A DNA stretch of 58,738 nucleotides from Actinomycetota bacterium (GTDB lineage: Bacteria > Actinomycetota > Acidimicrobiia > IMCC26256 > PALSA-555). The stretch spans positions 1-58,738 of the forward strand of contig VGBI01000005.1 of assembly GCA_016870595.1 (NCBI GenBank), read 5' to 3'. Under the pieces are notes generated by a model. That model made no database searches, was not told where the DNA came from, and saw nothing but the letters and a program-made list of their open reading frames with translations. The position numbers and the translations under genes are program-made. Below are positions 10,058 through 19,298 of this stretch, piece after piece. Each line of letters begins with the position of its first letter. Position 1 is the first letter of the stretch.

Positions 10058-11650
10058 TCAGGCGTCGGACGCGCCGACGGTCCCGACCGGTGCCGGGTCG
10101 GGGAGGTGCGGGCCCCGGGTCAGGCCGAGCACGGCGAGCACGGCGACCACGGCCATGGCGATCCCGAGGCCCTGGAACACCAGCTGGGTGGCGTCGGCAA
10201 AGTCGAGGCGCACGGCGGCGAGGACCTGGTCGGCCTTGGGGCCGGCCTTGGCGAGGAACGACTTCGAGGCACTCCCCCCGCCGCTGCCGTGCAGGGACGC
10301 CGCGATGCTGTCGGCCTGGGCCTTGGGGATCCCGAAGCCGGCGAGCGAGTCCTCGAGGCGCGTCCGCAACCTGCTCGCGAACACGGTGCCGACCACGGCC
10401 AGTCCGACCGCGGCACCGAGGTTGCGCACGGTCTGGGTGACCCCCGTCGCCTCCCCGAAGTTCTCGGCCGGCACCTGGTTGATCGCGTCGGTGTTGGCCG
10501 AGCCGATGACCAGGCCGACGCCGAGTCCGGCCACGACGATCCAGGGCCACTGGGTGTTCTCGGTGAGACCGGGGAGCCGGGCGGCCCAGGCGAAGAACCC
10601 GGCGGCGCCGAGCACCCCGCCCCAGACCGCGGCGCGCCGGGCCTGGCCGCGGTCGAGCCACTTGCCGCCGATGACCGCACCGGGCGCGAACCCGGCGAAG
10701 AAGGTGAGCAGGTACAGGCCAGTGTTGCTCGCCGTCCAGCCGAGCGAGACCTGCGCGTAGATGCTGGCGAAGAAGAACAGCGGGATGAACGCGGCCGACG
10801 CGAAGAACAGGATCAGGTTCTGCATTGCGAAGGTGCGGTTCTCGAAGAACCGGACCCGGATCAGCGGGTCGGGGCGACTGCGCTCCACCTCGAGGAAGAT
10901 CCCGAGCACCACGACGCCGCCCACGAGACAGGCGAGGGTGCGCAGGTCCGACCAGCCCCAGGTCGACGACTGCTGCAGGCCCGCGACCACGGCCCCGGCC
11001 CCCACGGCGATGAGCGCCGCGCCGACCAGGTCGATCGGCTCCCGGCGCCGCTGGTTGTCGACCCCGGCGACGAAGGTCAGGACCAACCCGACGATCGCGA
11101 CGGGGACGTTGACGAGGAAGATCCAGCGCCACGAGATCTCGAGCAGGTAGGCGCCGACGAAGGGGCCGATCGACGTCAGGCCGCCGGTGACCGCGAAGAA
11201 GCGGGCCACGGCGGAGCCGCGCTGCTCCGTCGGAAAGGCGTGCAGCACGACCGCGAGGGCCGCGGGGAACAGCAGTGCGGCCCCGGCCCCCTGCACGATG
11301 CGGAACCCGACGATCCAGACGTCGGCGCCGGTGCCCTCGGCTGTGAGGCCGCAGGCGACGGACGCCCCGATGAACACCAGGGTGCCCACCACCACCATCG
11401 TGCGGTGGCCGATGACGTCGGCGAGCCGCCCGCCGAGGGCGAAGAAGGCCGCGAGCGAGACCAGGTACCCCGACACCACCCACTGCAGCCCGGTCGACGA
11501 CAGTCCGAGCCCCCGCTGGATGTCGGGGGCGGCGATCGACACGATCGTCATGTCGATGAAGGTCATCGCGACCACGACGACCATCGCGACGAGCACGAGG
11601 CCGCCGCGGTCGCGCCCCGTCGTGGACTCGGTGCTGGTGGTGCTGGTCAT
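10058..11650 (-). CDS. MFS drug efflux transporter (DHA2/EmrB-QacA type)
   Basis: FIDMTIVSIAAP, GGRLADVIGHR, WRWIFLVNVP; many TM segments. Confidence 0.9.
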   Translation of the reverse strand: MTSTTSTESTTGRDRGGLVLVAMVVVVAMTFIDMTIVSIAAPDIQRGLGLSSTGLQWVVSGYLVSLAAFFALGGRLADVIGHRTMVVVGTLVFIGASVACGLTAEGTGADVWIVGFRIVQGAGAALLFPAALAVVLHAFPTEQRGSAVARFFAVTGGLTSIGPFVGAYLLEISWRWIFLVNVPVAIVGLVLTFVAGVDNQRRREPIDLVGAALIAVGAGAVVAGLQQSSTWGWSDLRTLACLVGGVVVLGIFLEVERSRPDPLIRVRFFENRTFAMQNLILFFASAAFIPLFFFASIYAQVSLGWTASNTGLYLLTFFAGFAPGAVIGGKWLDRGQARRAAVWGGVLGAAGFFAWAARLPGLTENTQWPWIVVAGLGVGLVIGSANTDAINQVPAENFGEATGVTQTVRNLGAAVGLAVVGTVFASRLRTRLEDSLAGFGIPKAQADSIAASLHGSGGGSASKSFLAKAGPKADQVLAAVRLDFADATQLVFQGLGIAMAVVAVLAVLGLTRGPHLPDPAPVGTVGASDA

Positions 11651-11731
11651 GACCCCCCGATCGCCGACACCATCGGTACTGGTGCCGAGGCGCACCGTAG
11701 CCCAGGCGGGCTCGGGCGGGCGGGGGATGGT

Positions 11732-12634
11732 TCAGTCGCCCCGCAGGCCGCGCAGGTACTGCTCGAGCTCGTCGGCGATCTCGTCGCCGGTGGGGAGCTC
11801 CTCGCCCCACGCCGGGGGCTCGTCGGCGGCCTCGTCGTCGAAGCGGGCCTCGAGGCGCTCGACGTAGCCCCGGATCTCGTCGTCGCCGGCGGCGACCTCG
11901 TCGACCTGCTCGCGCCAGCGGGCCACCGTCCGCTGCACCCGGCTGAGGTCGAGGGTGATGCCGGTGAGGCGGACGAACCGGTCGAGGATCGCCGCGCTCG
12001 CGGGCGGGTTGGGCGGCGACGCGATGTAGTGCGGCACCGGTGCCCACAGCGAGACCGACGGGATCCTGGTGTTCCCGCACTCGTCGTGGATGACCCCGAC
12101 GATCCCGGTGGGGCCCTCGTAGCGTGACGGCTCGAGCGAGAGGCGGGCGATGAGCTCGGGGTCGGTGGCGGTGCCGGTGACCCGGACCCGGCGGCTGTGC
12201 GGGACGTCGGCGAGGAGCGCGCCGAAGGTGACCAGCATCTCGCAGCCGGTCCGGCGGTGGACGTCGAGCACGGCGGCGCTGAACGACTTCCAGCGGTACG
12301 AGGGCTCGATCCCCTGGAGCACGACGAGGTCGCGCTCGGGGAAGCGGGCGACCCAGAACGTGGTGGTCGGCCACACGATCGAGCGGGTGACGCCGTCGAC
12401 GAGCTCCACGTGCGGGCGCCGACTCTGGAAGTCGGTGTGGGCCTCGGGATCGATGTGCGCGATGCGCTCGGCGCCGCCGTGGCGGGCGAGGTAGGCGGCG
12501 GCGAACGTCGCCGCGTCGGCGGCGTCGTTCCAGCCCTCGAACGCGGCGACCATCAGCGGCCTGCGCAGCGTTCCCGGGTCGTCCTCCCAGACCAGCCCGT
12601 GGTCGGTGATGGGGTCGGGCTCTGCGGGCGTCAC
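11732..12634 (-). CDS. PAC2 family (proteasome assembly chaperone-like) protein
   Basis: AAFEGWNDAA, GIEPSYRW, GALLADVPHSR, YEGPTGIVG, VPHY. Confidence 0.88.
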   Translation of the reverse strand: MTPAEPDPITDHGLVWEDDPGTLRRPLMVAAFEGWNDAADAATFAAAYLARHGGAERIAHIDPEAHTDFQSRRPHVELVDGVTRSIVWPTTTFWVARFPERDLVVLQGIEPSYRWKSFSAAVLDVHRRTGCEMLVTFGALLADVPHSRRVRVTGTATDPELIARLSLEPSRYEGPTGIVGVIHDECGNTRIPSVSLWAPVPHYIASPPNPPASAAILDRFVRLTGITLDLSRVQRTVARWREQVDEVAAGDDEIRGYVERLEARFDDEAADEPPAWGEELPTGDEIADELEQYLRGLRGD

Positions 12635-13875
12635 CTCTCCACCCTAGATGGGCCACCGGGATCTGCGGCCGGGGTTCCGGTGGCGCCGGACCTGTGCAGG
12701 GCCGCGATCTCGTCGGGGCTGAGGCCGATCTCGGCGAGCACCTCGTCGGTGTGCTCCCCGAGGCGGGGGGCGCCCCGCCGCACCGACACCTGGGCGTCGT
12801 CGAACTGCATGGGGGCGCAGGCGAGCCGGGCGCTTGGGTGCCCGGGGTGGGGGGCGAGGTAGCCGTTGGCCACGACCTGGGGGTCGTCGATCACCTCGAG
12901 CGGCGACGCGAGCGCCGAGAAGATCGTGTCCTCGGCCCCGAGGCGGTCGCGCAGCTCGGCCAGGGTGCGGGTCGCGATCGCCTCGGAGACCCGGGCCTGG
13001 AGCTCGGCGGCGTGGGCGGCCCGGGCGGCGGTGTCGACGAAGCGGGGGTCGTCGATCAGCTCGGGGAACCCGAACGCCCGGCAGGCTGGGGCCCAGTGGC
13101 GGGGGTCGTCGATCATGCCGAGCATGAGCCAGCGCCCCTCGGCGGTCTTGTACGCGCCGACGAGCGGGTTCGACCGGACGGTGCCGGCGCCCATCTTGTC
13201 GGGGTCGCGGCGGAGCACCGTGGTGGCGGTGAGGTCGACGCCCAGCTGCCAGACCGCGAAGTTGAGGAGCGAGACGTCGACGACCATGCCCTGCCCGGTC
13301 CGCTCGCGGTGGAACAGCGCGGCCGCGATCCCGCCCGCGAGCATCGCCCCGCTCGGCGCGTCGCCCATCGCGCCGCGCTGCATCACCATCGGGCCCTCCT
13401 CCGGGGTAAGGATGTGCCCGAGGCCGCCGCGGCCCCAGTACGACACCGAGTCGAAGCCACCTTCGTCGGCGTCGGGACCCTGCTGGCCCTGGCCGTGCCC
13501 CTTCGCGTAGACGAGGCGGGGGTTCACCGCCCACAGGTCCTCGGGGTTCGTGCGCAGCTTGGCCCGGGCCGACGGCAGGAAGTTGGTGATGAACACGTCG
13601 GCGTCGGTGACGAGCCGGTCGAACGCCGTCCGCCCCGCCGCGACGCGCAGGTCGAGCACGATGCCCCGCTTGTTGCGGTTGTAGAGCTCCCAGAGGAAGT
13701 TGTAGTCCCCGGTGTCGGCCACGAACCCCGCGCCCATGATGGCGCGCAGGGGGTCACCCGTCGGCCGCTCGATCTTCACGACGTCCGCGCCCCAGTCGCC
13801 CAGCACCGCCGCGCAGCTGGGCACGAACCCGTGCTCGGCCAGCTCCACGACCTTGATCCCCTCGAGTACCCGCAT
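12631..13875 (-). CDS. CaiB/BaiF class III CoA-transferase
   Basis: LEGIKVVELA, GADVVKIE, NRNKRGIVLDL, APRLGEHTDEVL. Confidence 0.92.
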   Translation of the reverse strand: MRVLEGIKVVELAEHGFVPSCAAVLGDWGADVVKIERPTGDPLRAIMGAGFVADTGDYNFLWELYNRNKRGIVLDLRVAAGRTAFDRLVTDADVFITNFLPSARAKLRTNPEDLWAVNPRLVYAKGHGQGQQGPDADEGGFDSVSYWGRGGLGHILTPEEGPMVMQRGAMGDAPSGAMLAGGIAAALFHRERTGQGMVVDVSLLNFAVWQLGVDLTATTVLRRDPDKMGAGTVRSNPLVGAYKTAEGRWLMLGMIDDPRHWAPACRAFGFPELIDDPRFVDTAARAAHAAELQARVSEAIATRTLAELRDRLGAEDTIFSALASPLEVIDDPQVVANGYLAPHPGHPSARLACAPMQFDDAQVSVRRGAPRLGEHTDEVLAEIGLSPDEIAALHRSGATGTPAADPGGPSRVER

Positions 13876-13992
13876 CCCGATCCCCCTCGGTGGTCGCCGC
13901 GCGTCGCGTTGCGTCGTGTGGTGTCGCGCGGAGTCTCGCAGACCGAGGGTCCGGTCCGCCCGGGGGCGATCCTCGCTAGGGTCGGCCTCGGG

Positions 13993-15518
13993 ATGGATCC
14001 GCACGCGCAACCGGGAGCGCCGCGTCGCGGCCGGGGGCGTCTGCCCTCGGGCGACGACCTGCGTCGCCTGCGGGCGCGGGGGACCCGGGTCCTCGTGCTG
14101 GCCGCGCTGACCGGCGTCCTGGTGGGGCTCGCGGTCGCCGCGTTCGAGGCGGTCGCCGGCGAGGTGCTGCTGCACCGGACGCTCGCGCTCCCGGTCGGCC
14201 TCCAGGTCGTGGCGCCGGCCGTGGGCCTCGTCCTCGCGTGGGTGGTCCTGCGCTCCCTGGGTCGGGGGACCACCCCGGCCACCTCCGACGACGTACTGGT
14301 CGCGTACCACCGTGACGGCGGGATCATGGCCCTCGACCAGGTCCCGGGGAAGATGCTCGGGGCGACCGCCACCCTCGGCGCCGGTGGGGCCATGGGCTTC
14401 GAGGGACCGTCGATCTACCTCGGTGCCGCGATCGGATCGCTCGTGCGCCGCTGGTTCCCGCGGTCCTTCTCGGCCGAGGACCAGCGGACGCTGCTCGTGG
14501 CCGGCGCCGCCGCCGGGGTGGCGGTCATCTTCCAGGCGCCCGCGACCGGAGCGGTGTTCGCGCTCGAGGTGCCCTACCGCGAGGACAGTGCGGCGGCCGC
14601 AGCGGTGCCGGCGGTCATGGCCGCAGCGGCGTCGTACCTCACGTTCACCGTCTTCTTCGGGCTCGAGCGCCTCCTGCCCCTCGGGGGCCCGACTCCACCG
14701 CTCGACCTGCGCAGCCTCGGGGGAGCACTGGTGATGGGATCCTGGCCGGGTTCGGGGCCCGCCTGTTCGCCGGAGTCCTGCGCCGGGCCAAGACCGCCCT
14801 GCTCGGCGTGCCGGCCTGGGCCCGGCTGGCGGGCACCGGCGCCGGCCTGGCCCTCGTCGGCGGGGTGACCTGGGCGGTCTACGACGGGCCGCTGTCCCTC
14901 GGGCCCGGCTTCGGCGCGATCGACTGGACCGAGGGGCTGCGCCGACCGCTCGGGCTCGTGGTCCTGCTGCTCGTCGTGCGGGCGGTGGCGACCACGCTCA
15001 CCCTCGCGGGGGGTGGGGTCGGCGGCCTCTTCATCCCGTTGTTGGTCGAGGGCTGGCTCCTCGGCACGGCGGTCGAGGTCGTCGTCGGCGGCGACACGAT
15101 GCTGTTCCCGGTCATCGGGGCTGCGGCCTTCCTCGGGGCCGGGTACCGGACCCCGATCGCCGCAGTGGTGTTCGTCGCCGAGGCCACCGGGCGCCCCGGC
15201 TTCGTCGTGCCGGCGTTCGTCGCGACCGCGGTGGCCCAGTTCGTCATGGGCGACGTCTCGGTGAGCACCTACCAGCTCACCCGCCGGGTCGATCTCGTCA
15301 CCCGGCGCGACCGTCGATCCGTCGTCGATACGTGCACGGCGCCGCCTCCCGACCTCGCCCCCGACGCACCGGAGGTGCCGGCGACGGCCACGGTCGGCGA
15401 CGCCCGCCGGGCCCTGGTCGCGTCTGGTGCGCCCTACGTGGTGGTGCGCGACGGCACGACCGTGGTGGGCGTGGTCACTCCCGGGACCGTCCTTGCGCTG
15501 GAGCCGCCCCCGGAGTGA
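13993..15518 (+). pseudogene. ClC-family anion channel/transporter with a C-terminal CBS-like remnant; 1-nt frameshift at about 14736-14738
   Basis: GAMGFEGP, AGAAAG..FQAP..FALE, GGLFIP; adding one G to ATG-GG-ATC joins the two ORFs. Confidence 0.85.
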
Positions 15519-15530
15519 GCCTGCCCGGGA

Positions 15531-15911
15531 TCACCACGCACCGACGACGGCCAGGCCCAGCGCCGCGGCACCGACGCTCGTGACCACGCTGCCGACCGCG
15601 TACGCGGTCGCGAGGTGGAGGTGTCCGTCGGTGGCCCGGCGCACCGTCTGGTCGGCGTAGGCGGAGAACGTCGTGTAGGCGCCGAGGAACCCGGTGCCGA
15701 TCACCGTGCGCACGTCGGGGTCGAGGCCGTGCGCGAGCGCGAGCCCGACCACGACCCCGAGGGCGAGCGATCCCGAGGCGTTGACGAGCAGGGTGCCGAA
15801 CGGGGTCACCGTCGGCCGGTACCGGTGCACCGCCCACTCGAGCGCAAAGCGGCACGGGGCCCCCATCGCGGCCGCCGCGGCCACGAGGAGTCCGAGGGCG
15901 ACGTCGTTCAC
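15531..15911 (-). CDS. crcB: Fluoride channel Fluc, subunit 2
   Basis: PFGTLLVN..GS, GTGFLGAYTTFS; four TM segments. Confidence 0.9.
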   Translation of the reverse strand: MNDVALGLLVAAAAAMGAPCRFALEWAVHRYRPTVTPFGTLLVNASGSLALGVVVGLALAHGLDPDVRTVIGTGFLGAYTTFSAYADQTVRRATDGHLHLATAYAVGSVVTSVGAAALGLAVVGAW

Positions 15912-16336
15912 GGCGCCCGAGTTCCGCCGCGCGCCCGCGCGCCGATCTGGCCGACCCGGTGCCCGGCCACGACGGCGGCGATCCCCGCGACCACGCTCAC
16001 GGTGGCATTGGCGAGCGCCAGCCCCGGACGCCCCGAGCGGCCCAGGCGCACGACGTCGACGGCGAGGGTCGAGAACGTGGTGAAGGCGCCGAGGGCCCCG
16101 ACGCCGAGGACGAGGCGGAGTCGGTGGTCGGGGGTGCTCCGGCGGGCGAGGACGGTGAGCAGCGCCCCGAGCAGGAACGCGCCCACGACGTTGATCACGA
16201 GCGTGGTCGTCGGGAAGGCGTTCGGGGCGGTCGGGAACGCCCGACCGAGCCCGTAGCGGGCGAGGCCGCCCACGGCGCCGCCTGCCGCGACGAGGGCGAG
16301 GGCCCCGGCGGAGAGTGGATGGGGCTCGGGGGTCAC
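15908..16336 (-). CDS. crcB: Fluoride channel Fluc, subunit 1
   Basis: GGAVGGLARY, FPTTTLVINVVG, GALGAFTTFS; GTG at 16336. Confidence 0.88.
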   Translation of the reverse strand: MTPEPHPLSAGALALVAAGGAVGGLARYGLGRAFPTAPNAFPTTTLVINVVGAFLLGALLTVLARRSTPDHRLRLVLGVGALGAFTTFSTLAVDVVRLGRSGRPGLALANATVSVVAGIAAVVAGHRVGQIGARARGGTRAP

Positions 16337-16343
16337 CCGAGGG

Positions 16344-17396
16344 TCATCCGCGCAGGGCCCGGATCTCCGAGCGGTCGGCCAGGTCGAAGGCGGCGTCGAG
16401 GAGTCGGGTGACCATCTCGCCCATGCGGTCGAAGCCCTCGCCGACGGTCTTGCCCATGAGGAAGCGCGCGTTGATGCCCTCGAGGATGACCGCCAGCTTG
16501 TAGAAGGCGAAGACGATGTAGAAGTCGAGGTCGCCGAGGTCGCGTCCGGTGGCGCGCGCGTACCGGTCGACGACCTCGTCGATGGTGATGAAGCCGGGAA
16601 GCCCCGACGCACCGCCCGTGGTGAGGGGCGGACCGTCACCGGCGTCCCAGTGCACCCAGTACACGAGGAACAGCCCGAGGTCGGTGAGCGGATCGCCGAG
16701 CGTCGACATCTCCCAGTCGAGCACCGCGACGATCTCCGGCCGGTCGGGTGCGAGCATGGTGTTCTCGAGCCGGTAGTCGCCGTGGACGATCGCGGCCGGA
16801 CCCGAGGTCGGGAGCGCGGCATGGATGCGCCGGGCCAGCTCGTCGATCTGGGGGAGGTCCCGGGTCTTGTTCGCCGCCCACTGGGTCCCCCACCGGGCGA
16901 CGTTGCGGGCGAGGAAGCCGTCGGGACGACCGAAGTCGCCCAGCCCCACTGCGTCGGGATCGATCCCGTGCAGCGCAGCGAGCACGTCGATCAGCGCGTG
17001 GGACACCGCCCGGGCGTCGCCGGCCGGGAACGCAGCGAGCTCATCGGTCGAGCGCACGACGCGACCCTCGACCCGGTCCATCACGTAGAAGGGGGCACCG
17101 ATGGCGGCGTCGTCGGTGCACAGCGCCCGGGTCACGGGGACGGGGACGGCGGTGCCCTGGAGGGCCGACATCACGCGGTACTCGCGGCCCATGTCGTGGG
17201 CGGTCGCGAGCACGTGGCCGAGCGGCGGGCGTCGCACGACCCAGTCGTGGACCCCGTCGGTGACGTGGTAGGTGAGGTTCGACCGTCCGCCTGCGATCAG
17301 CGACGCGCGCAGGGCGCGGTCACCGGCGCCGGCCACGTGCCCGACGAGGAAGCCCCGGAGGGCGTCGAGGTCGAGACCGTCCGGCGAGGTGGTCAC
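16344..17396 (-). CDS. APH-family phosphotransferase (ACAD10/11 kinase-like)
   Basis: GGRSNLTY, HDMGREY, HGDYRLEN, LDWEMSTLGDP. Confidence 0.9.
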   Translation of the reverse strand: MTTSPDGLDLDALRGFLVGHVAGAGDRALRASLIAGGRSNLTYHVTDGVHDWVVRRPPLGHVLATAHDMGREYRVMSALQGTAVPVPVTRALCTDDAAIGAPFYVMDRVEGRVVRSTDELAAFPAGDARAVSHALIDVLAALHGIDPDAVGLGDFGRPDGFLARNVARWGTQWAANKTRDLPQIDELARRIHAALPTSGPAAIVHGDYRLENTMLAPDRPEIVAVLDWEMSTLGDPLTDLGLFLVYWVHWDAGDGPPLTTGGASGLPGFITIDEVVDRYARATGRDLGDLDFYIVFAFYKLAVILEGINARFLMGKTVGEGFDRMGEMVTRLLDAAFDLADRSEIRALRG

Positions 17397-17439
17397 GCCG
17401 GGGGACTGTAAACGGTCCCGGGCGGAGCCGGGACGCCGG

Positions 17440-17787
17440 TCAGGCGACCCGGGGCTCGCGCGGGGCCACGGGCGACCCGTCGCCCTTGGGGTACCGGGCG
17501 ACCCGGCCCACGGGCATGTCCACCCGGAAGCCGGCCGCGGCGCGGTCCTCCTCGGACTCGCCCCCCCAGAAGCCGTACTCGCGGTGCTCGCGCGCCCACC
17601 GGCGGCAGGGGTCGAGCACGTCGCAGCCCTGGCAGATCGCCCGAGCCCGGGCCTCGCGCAGGAGGCGGGTCTCGGGGCGCTCGCCGGCGGGGGCGAAGAA
17701 GAGATCGGTCTGTCCGGCGCAGGATGCGTCGCCGGCCCAGGTCAGCGGACCGGTGGCAAGAAGACTCGAGACGGTCTCGGCCGCCAC
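17440..17787 (-). CDS. WhiB-family Fe-S transcription factor
   Basis: Four Cys (C..CxxC..C) and GFWGG turn. Confidence 0.9.
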   Translation of the reverse strand: MAAETVSSLLATGPLTWAGDASCAGQTDLFFAPAGERPETRLLREARARAICQGCDVLDPCRRWAREHREYGFWGGESEEDRAAAGFRVDMPVGRVARYPKGDGSPVAPREPRVA

Positions 17788-17880
17788 GGGCTCCTCCAGG
17801 TGAGTGTCGGGGTCGGGTGATGGGGTGGTCCGAGCGGCGACGGGTGGGCGCCGGGGGGAGGTCGGCCCCCGGCCGCTCGG

Positions 17881-17954
17881 ATGATGAAATCTTGACCCAG
17901 ACCCAGCAATCTGTCCAACGCACCGTTACGATGGCAACCATCGCTCACGACGAT
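17881..17954. promoter_or_regulatory. Candidate whiB promoter and LysR-type box
   Basis: Minus strand TTGCTG-N17-CATCAT (17909..17881); ATC-N9-GAT (T-N11-A) at 17940-17954, overlapping palindrome CGATGG-CAA-CCATCG (17929-17943). Confidence 0.5.
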
Positions 17955-18047
17955 GCTCGGTCCGAGCCGGCGCCGGACCGCTCCCGACCGTGACCGACGA
18001 GCGTGACCGCCGACCGAACACCCCCGACGAGCGAGGAACGACGCGCC

Positions 18048-18992
18048 ATGGAGCTCCGCCATCTCGACGCCGTGCTCGCCGTGGCCGAGGAGGGATCGTT
18101 CACCGCGGCGGCCGACGTCCTGTCGACGGTGCAGTCGAACGTCTCGGAGCAGGTGCGCCAGCTGGAGGCCGAGCTCGGGGTCGAGCTGTTCGTCCGGAGC
18201 CGACGGGGGGCCGAGCCGACCGACTGCGGCGAGGTCGTGCTCGAACGGGCGCGCCGGATCCGCCGGGAGCTCGACTCCCTGCGGGCCGACCTCGCGATGC
18301 TCGAGGGGCTCGAGGTGGGAACCGCGAGCTTCGGGGTGGTGGGCACCGCGAGCCGGTGGCTCGTCCCCCAGCTCGTGGCCGACCTGCGGCGCCGGGCGCC
18401 CGGGGTGCAGCTGCGCATCGTCGAGGGCGCGTCCGAGCGTCTCGCCGCCGAGGTGCTCGCCGGCGACCTGACCCAGGCGTTGATCACCGAGCCGGTGCCC
18501 GACCGGCGCCTCGAGGCCGAGACCGTGCTCGAGGAGACCCTCGTCGGCGTGGCGCCGACCGGGCGCTCGCTCGGACGCGGTCCGGTCGGGCTGGCCGAGC
18601 TCAGCGCCCTGGGCCTGGTGCTGCCCCCGGCGACCAACCCGCTGCGCTCCGAGATCGAGGCGGTGGCCGCCCGGCTCGGTATCGCGCTCGACGTCGTGCT
18701 CGAGGTGGAGGGCATCCGGCTCGTGGTGGACCTGGTCACCGCCGGGGCGGGCGCCTCGGTCCTGCCCGAGACCGCGTTGCCCGAGCAGCTCGACGGCGTC
18801 CGGGTGGTCCGCATCGCCGGACTGCCCCCCCGGCGCCTGGCGCTGATCCGGTCGCGTGACGCCTACCTCTCGATCGCCGACCGGGCCGTGCGCGACGAGG
18901 CGCTGCGCATGATGGCCCGCCGTCGGACCCCGGTCCGGAGCCGCCGGGCCCGGGGCGCCACCGGGGGATCCACCCCGGCCCCCGGGCCGTAG
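18048..18992 (+). CDS. LysR-family transcriptional regulator
   Basis: MELRHL..EEGSFTAAA..QSNVSEQVRQLEAELGVELFVR. Confidence 0.93.
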   Translation: MELRHLDAVLAVAEEGSFTAAADVLSTVQSNVSEQVRQLEAELGVELFVRSRRGAEPTDCGEVVLERARRIRRELDSLRADLAMLEGLEVGTASFGVVGTASRWLVPQLVADLRRRAPGVQLRIVEGASERLAAEVLAGDLTQALITEPVPDRRLEAETVLEETLVGVAPTGRSLGRGPVGLAELSALGLVLPPATNPLRSEIEAVAARLGIALDVVLEVEGIRLVVDLVTAGAGASVLPETALPEQLDGVRVVRIAGLPPRRLALIRSRDAYLSIADRAVRDEALRMMARRRTPVRSRRARGATGGSTPAPGP

Positions 18993-19067
18993 TCGTAGTC
19001 TCCCCACGGTGCGAGGCAGATGCGCCGCACCGTCTTGAGTTGCACCACAGCACCGAGGGGGGTCGCC

Positions 19068-19286
19068 ATGGCCGAGGCCACGTCCGGACGCTCGTTCTCG
19101 ACGAAGCAGATCGTCGCCGCCGTACTCGTCGTCGTCCTGGTGATCCTCGCGATCGTGAACGCCGGCAAGGTGGAGATCGATCTGGTGTTCACCAAGGTGA
19201 CGGCGCCGCTGTTCCTGGTGATCGTCGGCTCGGCCGTGATCGGTTGGGTCGTCGGGTGGTTCATGGGCCGCAACCGCGGCGACTGA
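19068..19286 (+). CDS. Small two-TM membrane protein (LapA/DUF1049-like)
   Basis: TM - N..V.IDLVF..APL - TM pattern; G-rich RBS. Confidence 0.7.
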   Translation: MAEATSGRSFSTKQIVAAVLVVVLVILAIVNAGKVEIDLVFTKVTAPLFLVIVGSAVIGWVVGWFMGRNRGD

Positions 19287-19298
19287 CGACCCGGCGGG

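Noticed and set aside
3973-12656. Very long antisense or alternate-frame ORFs (for example 3973-6918, 6957-9518, 9807-12656)
   Set aside because: Arg/Pro/Gly-rich shadow frames expected at this GC content; they overlap well-supported genes
13876-13992. Fluoride riboswitch upstream of the ClC
   Set aside because: I could not build the GGCGAUG..CUGAUG pseudoknot core; only a degenerate pentamer run is present
18048-18992. Calling the LysR OxyR
   Set aside because: The redox-active Cys pair is absent
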